From: Planctomycetota bacterium
GTDB lineage: Bacteria > Planctomycetota > Planctomycetia > Isosphaerales > Isosphaeraceae
DNA: 12,491 bases
Reading direction: 5' to 3'
Assembly (NCBI GenBank): GCA_021777845.1
Contig: JAJYDB010000140.1
Location: 1 to 12,491 of the forward strand
The notes under the pieces are model-generated. The model was not told the origin of the DNA and searched no databases. It saw nothing but the letters and a program-made list of their open reading frames with translations. Of this stretch, positions 1 through 6,866 are shown in pieces. A program made the position numbers and the translations under genes. Numbering within the stretch: position 1 is the first letter of the stretch; each line of letters starts with the position of its first letter.

Positions 1-438
1 CTACCTTACGGCTTACTTTTCTTCTTGTGCCGACGTTACTTCGACTCGTTTCCCGACCCGCTCACGCTCGTCGCGTACTTCGTATCGCTGGTGCTGGCGT
101 TCGCGGTCGGATTCTTCTTCGAGGCGTGCGTCGGGATGATCGGGTTCTGGTTCCTCGAAGTGACGTCGATCCTTTATATTGTGATGACGTTAAACTTTTT
201 TGTGTCGGGACAGATGCTCCCGCTCGACTTGCTGCCCGCGCCGTGGTCGGCGATCTTGAAGGCGTTGCCGTTTCAGTACATGGCGTATTTTCCGGCGGTT
301 GTCTTTCTCGGCAAGGTGCGGGGCGCGGCGCTCGTGTGGGGTCTGTGCGCCGAGGCGGCGTGGGCGTGCGCGTTCATCGTCGCGGCGCGGGTTTTGTATC
401 GCCTGGGGTTGCGACGCTACAGCGCGTTTGGAGGCTAA
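1..438 (+). CDS. ABC-2 family transporter permease (DUF990/PF06182-like), 5'-truncated at window edge
   Basis: Frame 1 is open from base 1 (LPYGLLFFLC...) through the ORF-track Met at 25 to TAA 436-438. Translation is strongly hydrophobic/multi-TM. The C-terminal 'LPFQYMAYFPAVVFLGK' matches the conserved F-Q-Y...Y-F-P motif of ABC-2 type permeases. It is paralogous to the next gene. Confidence 0.7.
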   Translation, partial: LPYGLLFFLCRRYFDSFPDPLTLVAYFVSLVLAFAVGFFFEACVGMIGFWFLEVTSILYIVMTLNFFVSGQMLPLDLLPAPWSAILKALPFQYMAYFPAVVFLGKVRGAALVWGLCAEAAWACAFIVAARVLYRLGLRRYSAFGG

Positions 439-443
439 GAGCC

Positions 444-1256
444 GTGTTCAAGCAGCCAGGCCGGTATCTTCGCTTCTTCGGATCGGTCGCGCGCTACACG
501 ATGGTGCGCGAAATGAGTTTTCGCGGGAACTTTCTCGTGAAGATCGCGGTCGAGGTAATTTGGCTCGGGATCCTCGTCGCCTTCTTCCGCACGTTGTTCG
601 CGAGCACGAAGTCGGTCGCGGGCTGGGACGAGTCGCAATACTTGTTCTTTATGGGATGCTTCTTCGCGATCAACGGGCTGATCGAATGTCTCTTTCTCGA
701 CAACTGCAACGAGTTCGCCGAACTGGTCCGAACCGGCGACCTCGACTTCCTGCTCGTGAAGCCGATCGACGAGCAGTTTCTCGTGACCTGCCGTCGGATC
801 GACTGGGGGACCGCGCCGAACGTCTTGATGGGCGGCGTGGTGATGGCGACGGCGCTCGCGGGCATGTCGTGGTCCTTCGACCTCGCCCGCGTGGCGGCGT
901 TCTGCATGACTTTCGCGTGCGGCGTCGCGATGTGTTATTGCTTCATGCTCACGCTTACCTCCTTTTCCGTCTGGATGGTTCGCAACCAAAGTCTGATGGA
1001 AATGTGGTGGCTGTTCTCGAGCCTGGCTCGCTATCCGAAAGAGATTTTTCTGGGCACGTGGCTGCAGCCCGCGGGGTTTATCCTGACGTTCGTGGTGCCG
1101 ATCATGCTCGTCGTGAACGTCCCCGCGAGCACGATGGTGCGCGCCTTCGACCCGGCCATGGTCGCCTTCACCGTCGTTGCGACGGCGCTCGCGTTCGTCG
1201 CAAGCCGGGCGTTCTTCCGCCGCGCGCTCCGGTCGTATCGCAGCGCGAGCAGCTAA
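444..1256 (+). CDS. ABC-2 family transporter permease (DUF990/PF06182-like), second paralogue
   Basis: GTG at 444 is in frame with ORF 27..1256, starts 5 nt after the stop of the previous gene, and is preceded by GGAGG at 431-435. The N-terminus 'RYLRFFGSVARYTMVREMSFRGNFL' is the typical start of this permease family. About 6 TM segments. The C-terminal 'SLARYPKEIFLGTWLQ...PIMLVVNVP' matches the family motif. The part of ORF 27..1256 upstream of 444 overlaps gene 1 in another frame and is not used. Confidence 0.75.
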   Translation: MFKQPGRYLRFFGSVARYTMVREMSFRGNFLVKIAVEVIWLGILVAFFRTLFASTKSVAGWDESQYLFFMGCFFAINGLIECLFLDNCNEFAELVRTGDLDFLLVKPIDEQFLVTCRRIDWGTAPNVLMGGVVMATALAGMSWSFDLARVAAFCMTFACGVAMCYCFMLTLTSFSVWMVRNQSLMEMWWLFSSLARYPKEIFLGTWLQPAGFILTFVVPIMLVVNVPASTMVRAFDPAMVAFTVVATALAFVASRAFFRRALRSYRSASS

Positions 1257-1282
1257 GACGACGTCGGTCGTCGCGTTATTTT
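1257..1282 (+). terminator. Hairpin (stem gacgac/gtcgtc, loop gtcg) followed by GCGTTATTTT; candidate intrinsic terminator between convergent genes
   Basis: 1257-1262 gacgac pairs with 1267-1272 gtcgtc. The T-rich run ttatttt lies at 1276-1282, directly after the permease stop (TAA 1254-1256). It overlaps the stop codon (1276-1278) of the convergent minus-strand gene. Confidence 0.45.
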
Positions 1283-4200
1283 GACTCCGGCGGCTGCGCT
1301 TTGGATCGGGACGCGGGGGCCGGTCGCGCGGGTTGCGGATCACGCTTCGGGTCCGCGGCGAAGAGCGCCGGATCAAACGGGACATCTTGAAAAATCAGGT
1401 GTCTGCGCGACTTCGCCGCGTTGGATTCGTCGAGGTCGAGGATGAGCTTCGACTTCTCGCGAAAGACGTTTTCGATCACGCTCCAATAGATATCGCGATC
1501 GTTGACCAACGCATACGAGGATCGCGCCGAGGCACGGTCCAAGAAGACGTCCGCCGCGCCCGACGCCCGCGAGCGCGAGGCCGCGGCGCGCCCCCCCGCG
1601 CTTTCGCGGATCTCGACGGCTCGGGCCGACGCGGCTTGCAACTGCGTGGTCTCATACGAATGCGCGTCGATCAGCAGGCGTTTGCGCTCGCTCTCGGCGC
1701 GTGCGACGTCGCGGTAGGCGTCGGAGACGGCGCGGGGCGCCCGGACCTCGAGAAACGAAACCGAGGCGATGTTCACGCCGAGATGAAGCTCGTCGGCCTT
1801 CCGTTGGAGCGCGCGGGCGACGGCGTGCTCGGCGTCGGCGCGGCCGTTTGTGAGCAGATCGTCGAGTTTGAGTCGGCCCACAACCTCGCCCAAGGCCGAC
1901 TCCGCGAGGCGTTCCACAACCTGCCCGGGGTTGTCGACGTTGAACAGATAATCACGGAGCGAGGCGACGTCTGCGCTGCGCACGGTGAATTGCGCGACGG
2001 CGTCGATCTCGATCAGCCTGCCGTCGCCGGTGTGCAAGAGGGCGTTCTCGGATGCCGCTCGGACCGCGGCGGCGAGCGCTGCGTCGGCGGCCCAGGGCGT
2101 GGTCGACGACGGGCGCGCGATCGACTCCGCCGTCCCCGCGCCGATCGTCAGCGAACGCACGACGCCGGGCTTGAAGCGGTCGACGCGTTCCCAAGGCGCG
2201 GGGAGTCGCCAGTGCAATCCCGGAGCCAAAACACCGAGAAAACGGCCCGAGCGCGTCCAAACCCCAACCTCGTCCGGCTCCACTTGGACGAAACCCTCGG
2301 CCAGGTAGAGCAACGCGGCGGCGATCGCGAGCGAGGCAACGACGTACTTCGCGGGAATCCGAATCAGACGCCCCGGCGCGGGACCGCGGACCTGACGATC
2401 GAACCAATCGAGCGCGGCGGCGAGACGTCGCACGCGGGTGCCCGCGGGTCGCGCGCCGCCCCGGCCGACCTTGAGCAGACGCAAGGCGTTCAAGAGGACG
2501 AGCAGCGACCCCAACTGATGCGCGACCGCCGCGGCGACCGGCCCGAGAAATCCGAGCGCGGCCGCGAGCACCGCCACGGTGTTCCAACCAAAGGCGAAGA
2601 TCACGATGTTCTGCTTGATGACGGCGACGGCTTCGCGAGCGATCCGAAACAGGTCGGGCAGGGGGGTGAGCGGCTCGCCGAGCAGGATCACGTCGCCGGC
2701 CTCGGCGGCGAGGTCGGATCCGACGCGGCCCAGGGCGATGCCGACGCCGGCCTCGACGAGCGCGGGGGCGTCGTTGATCCCGTCGCCGATCATCACGACG
2801 CGACGGCCCTCGGCCTGCTTGCGGGCGATCCATCGGGCCTTTTCGGACGGCGAGAGTTCGGCCTCGAACGTCTTGATGTGCGTCCGTTTCGCGACCGGCA
2901 GCGCGGCGGCGGCGCGGTCGCCGGTCAGGATCGCGAAGTCCTTGATGTTCAGGTGCTTGAGCGAGTGGACGACGTCGTGCGCCTCGGGCCGGACTGCGTC
3001 GCGCGCCGTGATCAAGCCGACGACCCGGCGGTCGATCGCGACCAGCAGCGGTGTTTCGCCGCGTTCGTCGGCGGAGCGCAAGGCGTCGGCGACCTCGGGT
3101 TCGATCGCGACGCCCGACTCGACGACGAGCCTCTGGTTGCCGACGAGGACCTCGAACGCGGCTCCCGCGGCGTCGCGACACTGCGAGCTGACGCCGGCGC
3201 CCGGCCGCGCGGTCGCCGAGACGCATCCCTCGGTCGAGATCCGGCGCGCGACCGCGGCGTCGACGACGACCTTCGCGAGCGGGTGCGGGCTCGAAAGCTC
3301 AGCCGCGGCCGCCAGACCGATCATTTGGGATTCGTCGTAGTCCGCGAAGACGACGATCCGGGCGAGCTCGGGCCGGCCGAGCGTGAGGGTGCCGGTTTTG
3401 TCGAACGCCACCAGGTCGCAAGCCGCGAGCCGCTCGAGCGCGACGCCCCCTTTGATCAGGACGCCGCGACGAGCGAGGGTCGCGAAGGCGGCGAGCACCG
3501 CGGCGGGCGTCGCGAGGATCAAGGCGCAGGGACACGCGACGACGAGCACGGCGACGGCTCGCATCCACGGGTTCGACAGGTGAAAGAGATAGCCCGCGAT
3601 CAGCACGGCCGCGGCCGTGATTTCGACCGCGGGCAGGAACAGCCGCGCGTAGCGATCGGCGAGCCGTTCGATCGGCGCTTTGCGGTGTCTGGCCGCGCCG
3701 ACCATCGCGACCACTTGCCCGAGCGTTGTCGCCGCGCCGACGCGTTCGGCCTCGACTTCGAGCGTGCCGAACTGGTTGATCGAACCCGCGACAACCGGCT
3801 CGCCCGGCCCTTTGTCGACCGGCAGCGACTCGCCGGTGAGCGGCGATTGGTCGACCGCGGAGCGGCCCAGCAGCACCTTGCCGTCGACGGGAATACGCTC
3901 GCCCGCTCGGACGAGAACGACGTCGCCGACGACGACCTCGGTGATCGGCAGCTCGCGTTCGGCCCCGTCGCGACGGACGCGTGCCGTGCGCGGCGTCTGG
4001 TCGAGCAGGCTCCGGATGGCTTGCCGGGCCCTCGCGAAGGTGAAGGCCTCGAGCAGCTCGCCGAAGAGCGCGATGAAGACGACCTCGGCCGCGACGAACG
4101 GCATCCGCAGGACCAGCGCCGCCACCGACGCCTGCGCCAGCGCGAAGTCGGCTCCGATTCGACCCGACGCGAGCGCGTCGAGCGCGTCGTAAACGACCTT

Positions 4201-4485
4201 CGCCGCGCCCAGGAGCGCCGCCAGCCAGATCAGCGGAATGCCTCCCGGAGCCCGCGCGGCCTCCCAGCCCAACTGGCCGAACAGCAGGTCCGCGACGATC
4301 ACCAGGCCGAGAAAGCCGGCGAAGATCGCGAGCGCGCGGTCGTCGTGCGGGCCGTGGGAGTGCGGCTTGCCGGCGCCGTCGTCCTTGTGGCCGTGAGCAT
4401 GATCATGCGACGCTCCGTGGTCCGCGCGGGCATGATCATGCGAGTCGTCGAGGTCGAAAGCCGAGGGGTCGTATTCGCGATGCAT
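1276..4485 (-). CDS. P1B-type heavy-metal-translocating ATPase fused in frame to a C-terminal HflK/HflC-like SPFH (band 7) domain (1069 aa)
   Basis: Single uninterrupted ORF. ATPase features: N-terminal His-rich stretch (SHDHARADHGASHDHAHGHKDDGAGKPHSHGPHDD); actuator 'LTGES' (3826-3840); TM6 'ACPCALI'; phosphorylation site 'FDKTGTLT' (DKTGT at 3388-3402); hinge 'GDGINDAP'; TM8 'HQLGSLLVLLNALRLL'. After a ~35-aa linker there is an extra TM helix (IPAKYVVASLAIAAALLYLAEGF) and an SPFH domain (EPDEVGVWTRSGRFLGVLAPGLHWRLPAPWERVDRFKPGVVRSLTIG ... RAVEIRESAGGRAAASRSRASGAADVFLDRASARSSYALVNDRDIYWSVIENVF) typical of HflK/HflC. Start ATG 4485 lies 9 bp downstream of the MBL gene stop. Confidence 0.8.
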   Translation of the reverse strand: MHREYDPSAFDLDDSHDHARADHGASHDHAHGHKDDGAGKPHSHGPHDDRALAIFAGFLGLVIVADLLFGQLGWEAARAPGGIPLIWLAALLGAAKVVYDALDALASGRIGADFALAQASVAALVLRMPFVAAEVVFIALFGELLEAFTFARARQAIRSLLDQTPRTARVRRDGAERELPITEVVVGDVVLVRAGERIPVDGKVLLGRSAVDQSPLTGESLPVDKGPGEPVVAGSINQFGTLEVEAERVGAATTLGQVVAMVGAARHRKAPIERLADRYARLFLPAVEITAAAVLIAGYLFHLSNPWMRAVAVLVVACPCALILATPAAVLAAFATLARRGVLIKGGVALERLAACDLVAFDKTGTLTLGRPELARIVVFADYDESQMIGLAAAAELSSPHPLAKVVVDAAVARRISTEGCVSATARPGAGVSSQCRDAAGAAFEVLVGNQRLVVESGVAIEPEVADALRSADERGETPLLVAIDRRVVGLITARDAVRPEAHDVVHSLKHLNIKDFAILTGDRAAAALPVAKRTHIKTFEAELSPSEKARWIARKQAEGRRVVMIGDGINDAPALVEAGVGIALGRVGSDLAAEAGDVILLGEPLTPLPDLFRIAREAVAVIKQNIVIFAFGWNTVAVLAAALGFLGPVAAAVAHQLGSLLVLLNALRLLKVGRGGARPAGTRVRRLAAALDWFDRQVRGPAPGRLIRIPAKYVVASLAIAAALLYLAEGFVQVEPDEVGVWTRSGRFLGVLAPGLHWRLPAPWERVDRFKPGVVRSLTIGAGTAESIARPSSTTPWAADAALAAAVRAASENALLHTGDGRLIEIDAVAQFTVRSADVASLRDYLFNVDNPGQVVERLAESALGEVVGRLKLDDLLTNGRADAEHAVARALQRKADELHLGVNIASVSFLEVRAPRAVSDAYRDVARAESERKRLLIDAHSYETTQLQAASARAVEIRESAGGRAAASRSRASGAADVFLDRASARSSYALVNDRDIYWSVIENVFREKSKLILDLDESNAAKSRRHLIFQDVPFDPALFAADPKRDPQPARPAPASRSKAQPPESK
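1488..2358 (-). other. Domain: extra TM anchor plus HflK/HflC-like SPFH (band 7) module of the fusion ORF (residues ~710-1000)
   Basis: TM helix at residues ~710-732, then a recognisable SPFH core and HflC-like C-terminal helix region. The remaining C-terminal ~70 aa are low-complexity (P/A/R/K-rich). Confidence 0.65.
2460..4485 (-). other. Domain: P1B-type ATPase module of the fusion ORF (residues ~1-675; 8 predicted TM helices, A/P/N domains)
   Basis: Motif positions as listed for the parent CDS. Boundary estimated from the end of the last ATPase TM helix (...LLVLLNALRLLK). Confidence 0.7.
4397..4443 (-). repeat. Two copies of the 14-bp direct repeat gcatgatcatgcga (4397-4410 and 4430-4443; each contains the perfect 12-bp palindrome GCATGATCATGC), 33 bp apart, encoding a duplicated S-H-D-H-A motif
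   Basis: Direct reading of the sequence. The copies are in frame and correspond to residues 15-19 and 26-30 of the ATPase N-terminus. Confidence 0.6.
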
Positions 4486-4494
4486 GCGGGTTCC

Positions 4495-5169
4495 TTAGCC
4501 GGGGCTCGCCCAGGCTCCTTCGCTCAAAAACGGGTTCGTCCGGCGTTCCGCACCGATCGTCGTGGGGGGTCCGTGACCGGGAAAAACGAGCGCGGCGTCG
4601 GGGAGCGTGAGCAGTTTCGCGCGGATGCCCTTGAGCAGCTGATAGCCGTTGCCCCCCGCAAAGTCGGTCCGACCGACCGAGCCCGCGAACAGGACGTCGC
4701 CGCCGAGCACGAAAGTCGGGTCGAACTGATCGACGACGAAGACGACCGAGCCGGGGCTGTGTCCGGGGATCTCGCGGGTCTCGAAGCGGAAGCCGGCGAC
4801 CTCGAAGCACTCGCCGTCGTCGACCAGCCTGTCGGCGGCGGGGCTGCGGCTCGGGAACAGGAACGACGCGCTCAGGTTGGCTTCGGGATCGACGAGCAGC
4901 GGGGCGTCGTTGCGGCCGACGATGATCGGCGCGTAGGGAAACGCCGCCTTCAGCGCCTCGTTGCCCGCGATATGATCAAAGTGTCCATGCGTGTTCAAAA
5001 TAGCGGCCAAGGTGCGCTTCTCGTCGGCGAGCGTCCGCAAAATCGACCGCGCGTCGAACCCCGGGTCGATCACGACGGCGTCGTCGCGGCCGCGGATCCT
5101 CAGCACGTAGGCAACTTCCCCGAGCGGGGGCGACTCCACGGCGTCGATCAGATAGTCGTTGTCGATCAT
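4495..5169 (-). CDS. MBL-fold metallo-hydrolase (hydroxyacylglutathione hydrolase/GloB-like)
   Basis: 'NTHGHFDHIAGN' is the HxHxDH zinc-binding motif, and '...FPGHGPPTTIGAERRTNPFL' is a GloB-type C-terminus. Start chosen at ATG 5169 (MIDNDYLIDAV...). The 41 codons further upstream in ORF 4495..5292 are low-complexity and likely not translated. Stop TAA at 4495-4497. Confidence 0.75.
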   Translation of the reverse strand: MIDNDYLIDAVESPPLGEVAYVLRIRGRDDAVVIDPGFDARSILRTLADEKRTLAAILNTHGHFDHIAGNEALKAAFPYAPIIVGRNDAPLLVDPEANLSASFLFPSRSPAADRLVDDGECFEVAGFRFETREIPGHSPGSVVFVVDQFDPTFVLGGDVLFAGSVGRTDFAGGNGYQLLKGIRAKLLTLPDAALVFPGHGPPTTIGAERRTNPFLSEGAWASPG

Positions 5170-5218
5170 GCGTTCGCGATCCTCACGAGGAATTCCAAAG
5201 GGGTCGGGACCGTCGGCG

Positions 5219-5245
5219 TTTGTCTCCGTTTGCAAGAACGACAAA
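5219..5245. promoter_or_regulatory. Nested imperfect palindrome TTTGTC-tccgt-TTGCAA-gaac-GACAAA; candidate operator in the divergent MBL/ATPase - DUF1571 intergenic region
   Basis: Outer arms tttgtc (5219-5224) and gacaaa (5240-5245) are exact reverse complements. The centre ttgcaa (5230-5235) is itself palindromic and shares the same axis. It lies ~50-75 bp upstream of the MBL start codon. Confidence 0.25.
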
Positions 5246-5563
5246 GCCCGCGACCCCAGCCCGCCGCAACTCGGCCCGCACAACCGGCCCATCAGGAATT
5301 ATGCGCGCGCCGGCCCGAGGATTCGAGCGGTTTCCGCGCTCGGCGCGTAATTTGCGTGCTAGATTCCTAAAGCGAGCGGGTCACCCCTTGACGAGAGGCG
5401 GTCCGGCGGGAAGGCACCGAAGTTCGAGCTCTGGGTCTTGAATCGGCGCGACCGATCGGAACGTCCGCACCTCAAACGCACAGCGTTCACACTTTTCGAT
5501 CGGTTTATGCCCTCGGGCGATGCCCTCAACCATCCGGCCGCGACGCCGGAGCGAGGTCGAGCC

Positions 5564-6505
5564 ATGCCGCAATACATCGGAAGTCGCCGTCGCGTCTGTT
5601 CATCACGCCGATCCGTGGCGGGTGTTCGCTTGGTGCTGGGGTGTTGCCTCGGGATGTTCGCGGGCGACGCGGGCATGAGTTCCCGCCCGCTCCGCGCCGC
5701 GGACGAAGCCGCGGCCCCGGCCGCCGCCGCCGACAAGCCCGCGGCCGAATCGCCCCGACGCGTCGCGAGCAATGTCGGCTCGACGGCCAAGCCGCCGCTC
5801 GAAACCGGCGTCACCCCCGTCGATCAGGCCCGCCGCGAAATCGACGCCTGCCTGAAGCGCTACGCCTCGGTCGACGACTACACATGCACATTCTTAAAGC
5901 GCGAGCGCATCAACGGACGACTCTCGTCGCAAGCGATGATTGACATGAAGATGCGCGTGGAACCGAAGAGTATTTACTTCAAATTCGCGCGTCCGAACGC
6001 GGGTCGCGAGGCGATTTTCGTACCCGGCCGGTACGACGACAAGATCGTGGCGCACGACGTCGGTCTGGGCAAGTTGTTCGCGGGGACGATGTATCTCGAC
6101 CCGTTCGGGACGCGGGCGATGGAGAGCAATCGGCATCCGATCACCGAGGCGGGGATCGGCGCGATGCTCGATAAGCTGGCGAAGCACTGGGCGTACGAGC
6201 TGACGCCGCAGGAGTCGGTGGTCACGTTTCACCCGCTCGCGAGCATTGGGCCGCGCGCCTGCTTGATGATCGAGACCGAGCATCCGCACCGCGACCCGAA
6301 GTTTTTGTTCCACAAAGTGAAGCTCTACATCGACCGCGAACACGGCCTGCCGATCCACATCGAGGCGTACGACTGGCCGCGGCGGCCGGGGCTCGCGCCC
6401 GAGTTGGTCGAGGAGTATTCGTACGTCGACCTCAAGCTCAACGTCGGTTTGACCGACCTCGATTTCGACCCGTCGAACAAGAGCTATTCGTTCGGACGGT
6501 TCTGA
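5564..6505 (+). CDS. Secreted protein, probable DUF1571 family (function unknown)
   Basis: Start chosen at ATG 5564 (MPQYIGSRRR...), preceded by GAGG at 5552-5555. Basic n-region plus hydrophobic h-region (VAGVRLVLGCCLGMFAG) indicates a signal peptide; 'VLGC' is a possible lipobox. An Ala/Pro-rich linker precedes a ~250-aa globular domain that resembles the DUF1571 proteins common in Planctomycetota. The 42 upstream codons of ORF 5438..6505 are not needed. Stop TGA at 6503-6505. Confidence 0.6.
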   Translation: MPQYIGSRRRVCSSRRSVAGVRLVLGCCLGMFAGDAGMSSRPLRAADEAAAPAAAADKPAAESPRRVASNVGSTAKPPLETGVTPVDQARREIDACLKRYASVDDYTCTFLKRERINGRLSSQAMIDMKMRVEPKSIYFKFARPNAGREAIFVPGRYDDKIVAHDVGLGKLFAGTMYLDPFGTRAMESNRHPITEAGIGAMLDKLAKHWAYELTPQESVVTFHPLASIGPRACLMIETEHPHRDPKFLFHKVKLYIDREHGLPIHIEAYDWPRRPGLAPELVEEYSYVDLKLNVGLTDLDFDPSNKSYSFGRF

Positions 6506-6620
6506 GCCGCGCGGCGGCGGCCGACGCATCGGCACGCAGGCGGTCGAAGCGGTTTTAACGCTCACGAGCAACCTCGATCGTGCCGATAAGAATGATCGGG
6601 TACACGCGAGCGGCAAACGG

Positions 6621-6650
6621 GAAGCGACCTTGGCAGTGCGTGGTCGCTTC
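6621..6650 (+). other. Perfect 9-bp stem hairpin (gaagcgacc / ggtcgcttc, 12-nt loop) in the 360-bp non-coding gap
   Basis: 6621-6629 is the exact reverse complement of 6642-6650. No U-tract follows (GATAGAATCC), so it is not a classical terminator. Confidence 0.3.
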
Positions 6651-6866
6651 GATAGAATCCGGCCCGCCTCGGGGAGGCCCGCGGCGGCGCGAAGGAACGC
6701 GACGCACGCGAGGGCCGCGGCTGAGATCGCCGTCCTGGTGCGGTTTGACGCTCGTTCGACGCGGACGCTGGTCCGCGCGGCAGGGGTCGCTTCCACCTTG
6801 AAGTTGGGTTCGACGGCCGCCCGGCGGCTCGTCCGTCGTTGTGCAGGCTGAAGCCAAGGAGGCTCG

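Noticed and set aside
1952-3226. 424-aa minus-strand ORF in an alternative frame within the ATPase gene
   Set aside because: It is almost pure Arg/Gly/Pro/Asp low-complexity and out of frame with the motif-bearing ATPase ORF on the same strand.
1333-5370. 1345-aa plus-strand ORF opposite the ATPase-SPFH and MBL genes
   Set aside because: The translation is Arg/Asp/Gly-rich low-complexity with no motifs. It is antisense to a motif-rich real gene. Long stop-free antisense frames are expected with high GC3 codon bias.
5386-5470. TTGACG (5388-5393) and GGAAC (5458-5462) as sigma-70 -35 or ECF-type promoter elements for the DUF1571 gene
   Set aside because: No acceptable -10 (TATAAT-like or CGTC) lies at the right spacing. 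Promoter consensus in this lineage is uncertain.
6745-6815. TTCGA-containing segments (cgctcgTTCGAcgcg at 6751-6765, ttgggTTCGAcggcc at 6803-6817) resembling tRNA T-loops
   Set aside because: No complementary T-stem, acceptor stem or anticodon arm can be built around them. No tRNA is supported.
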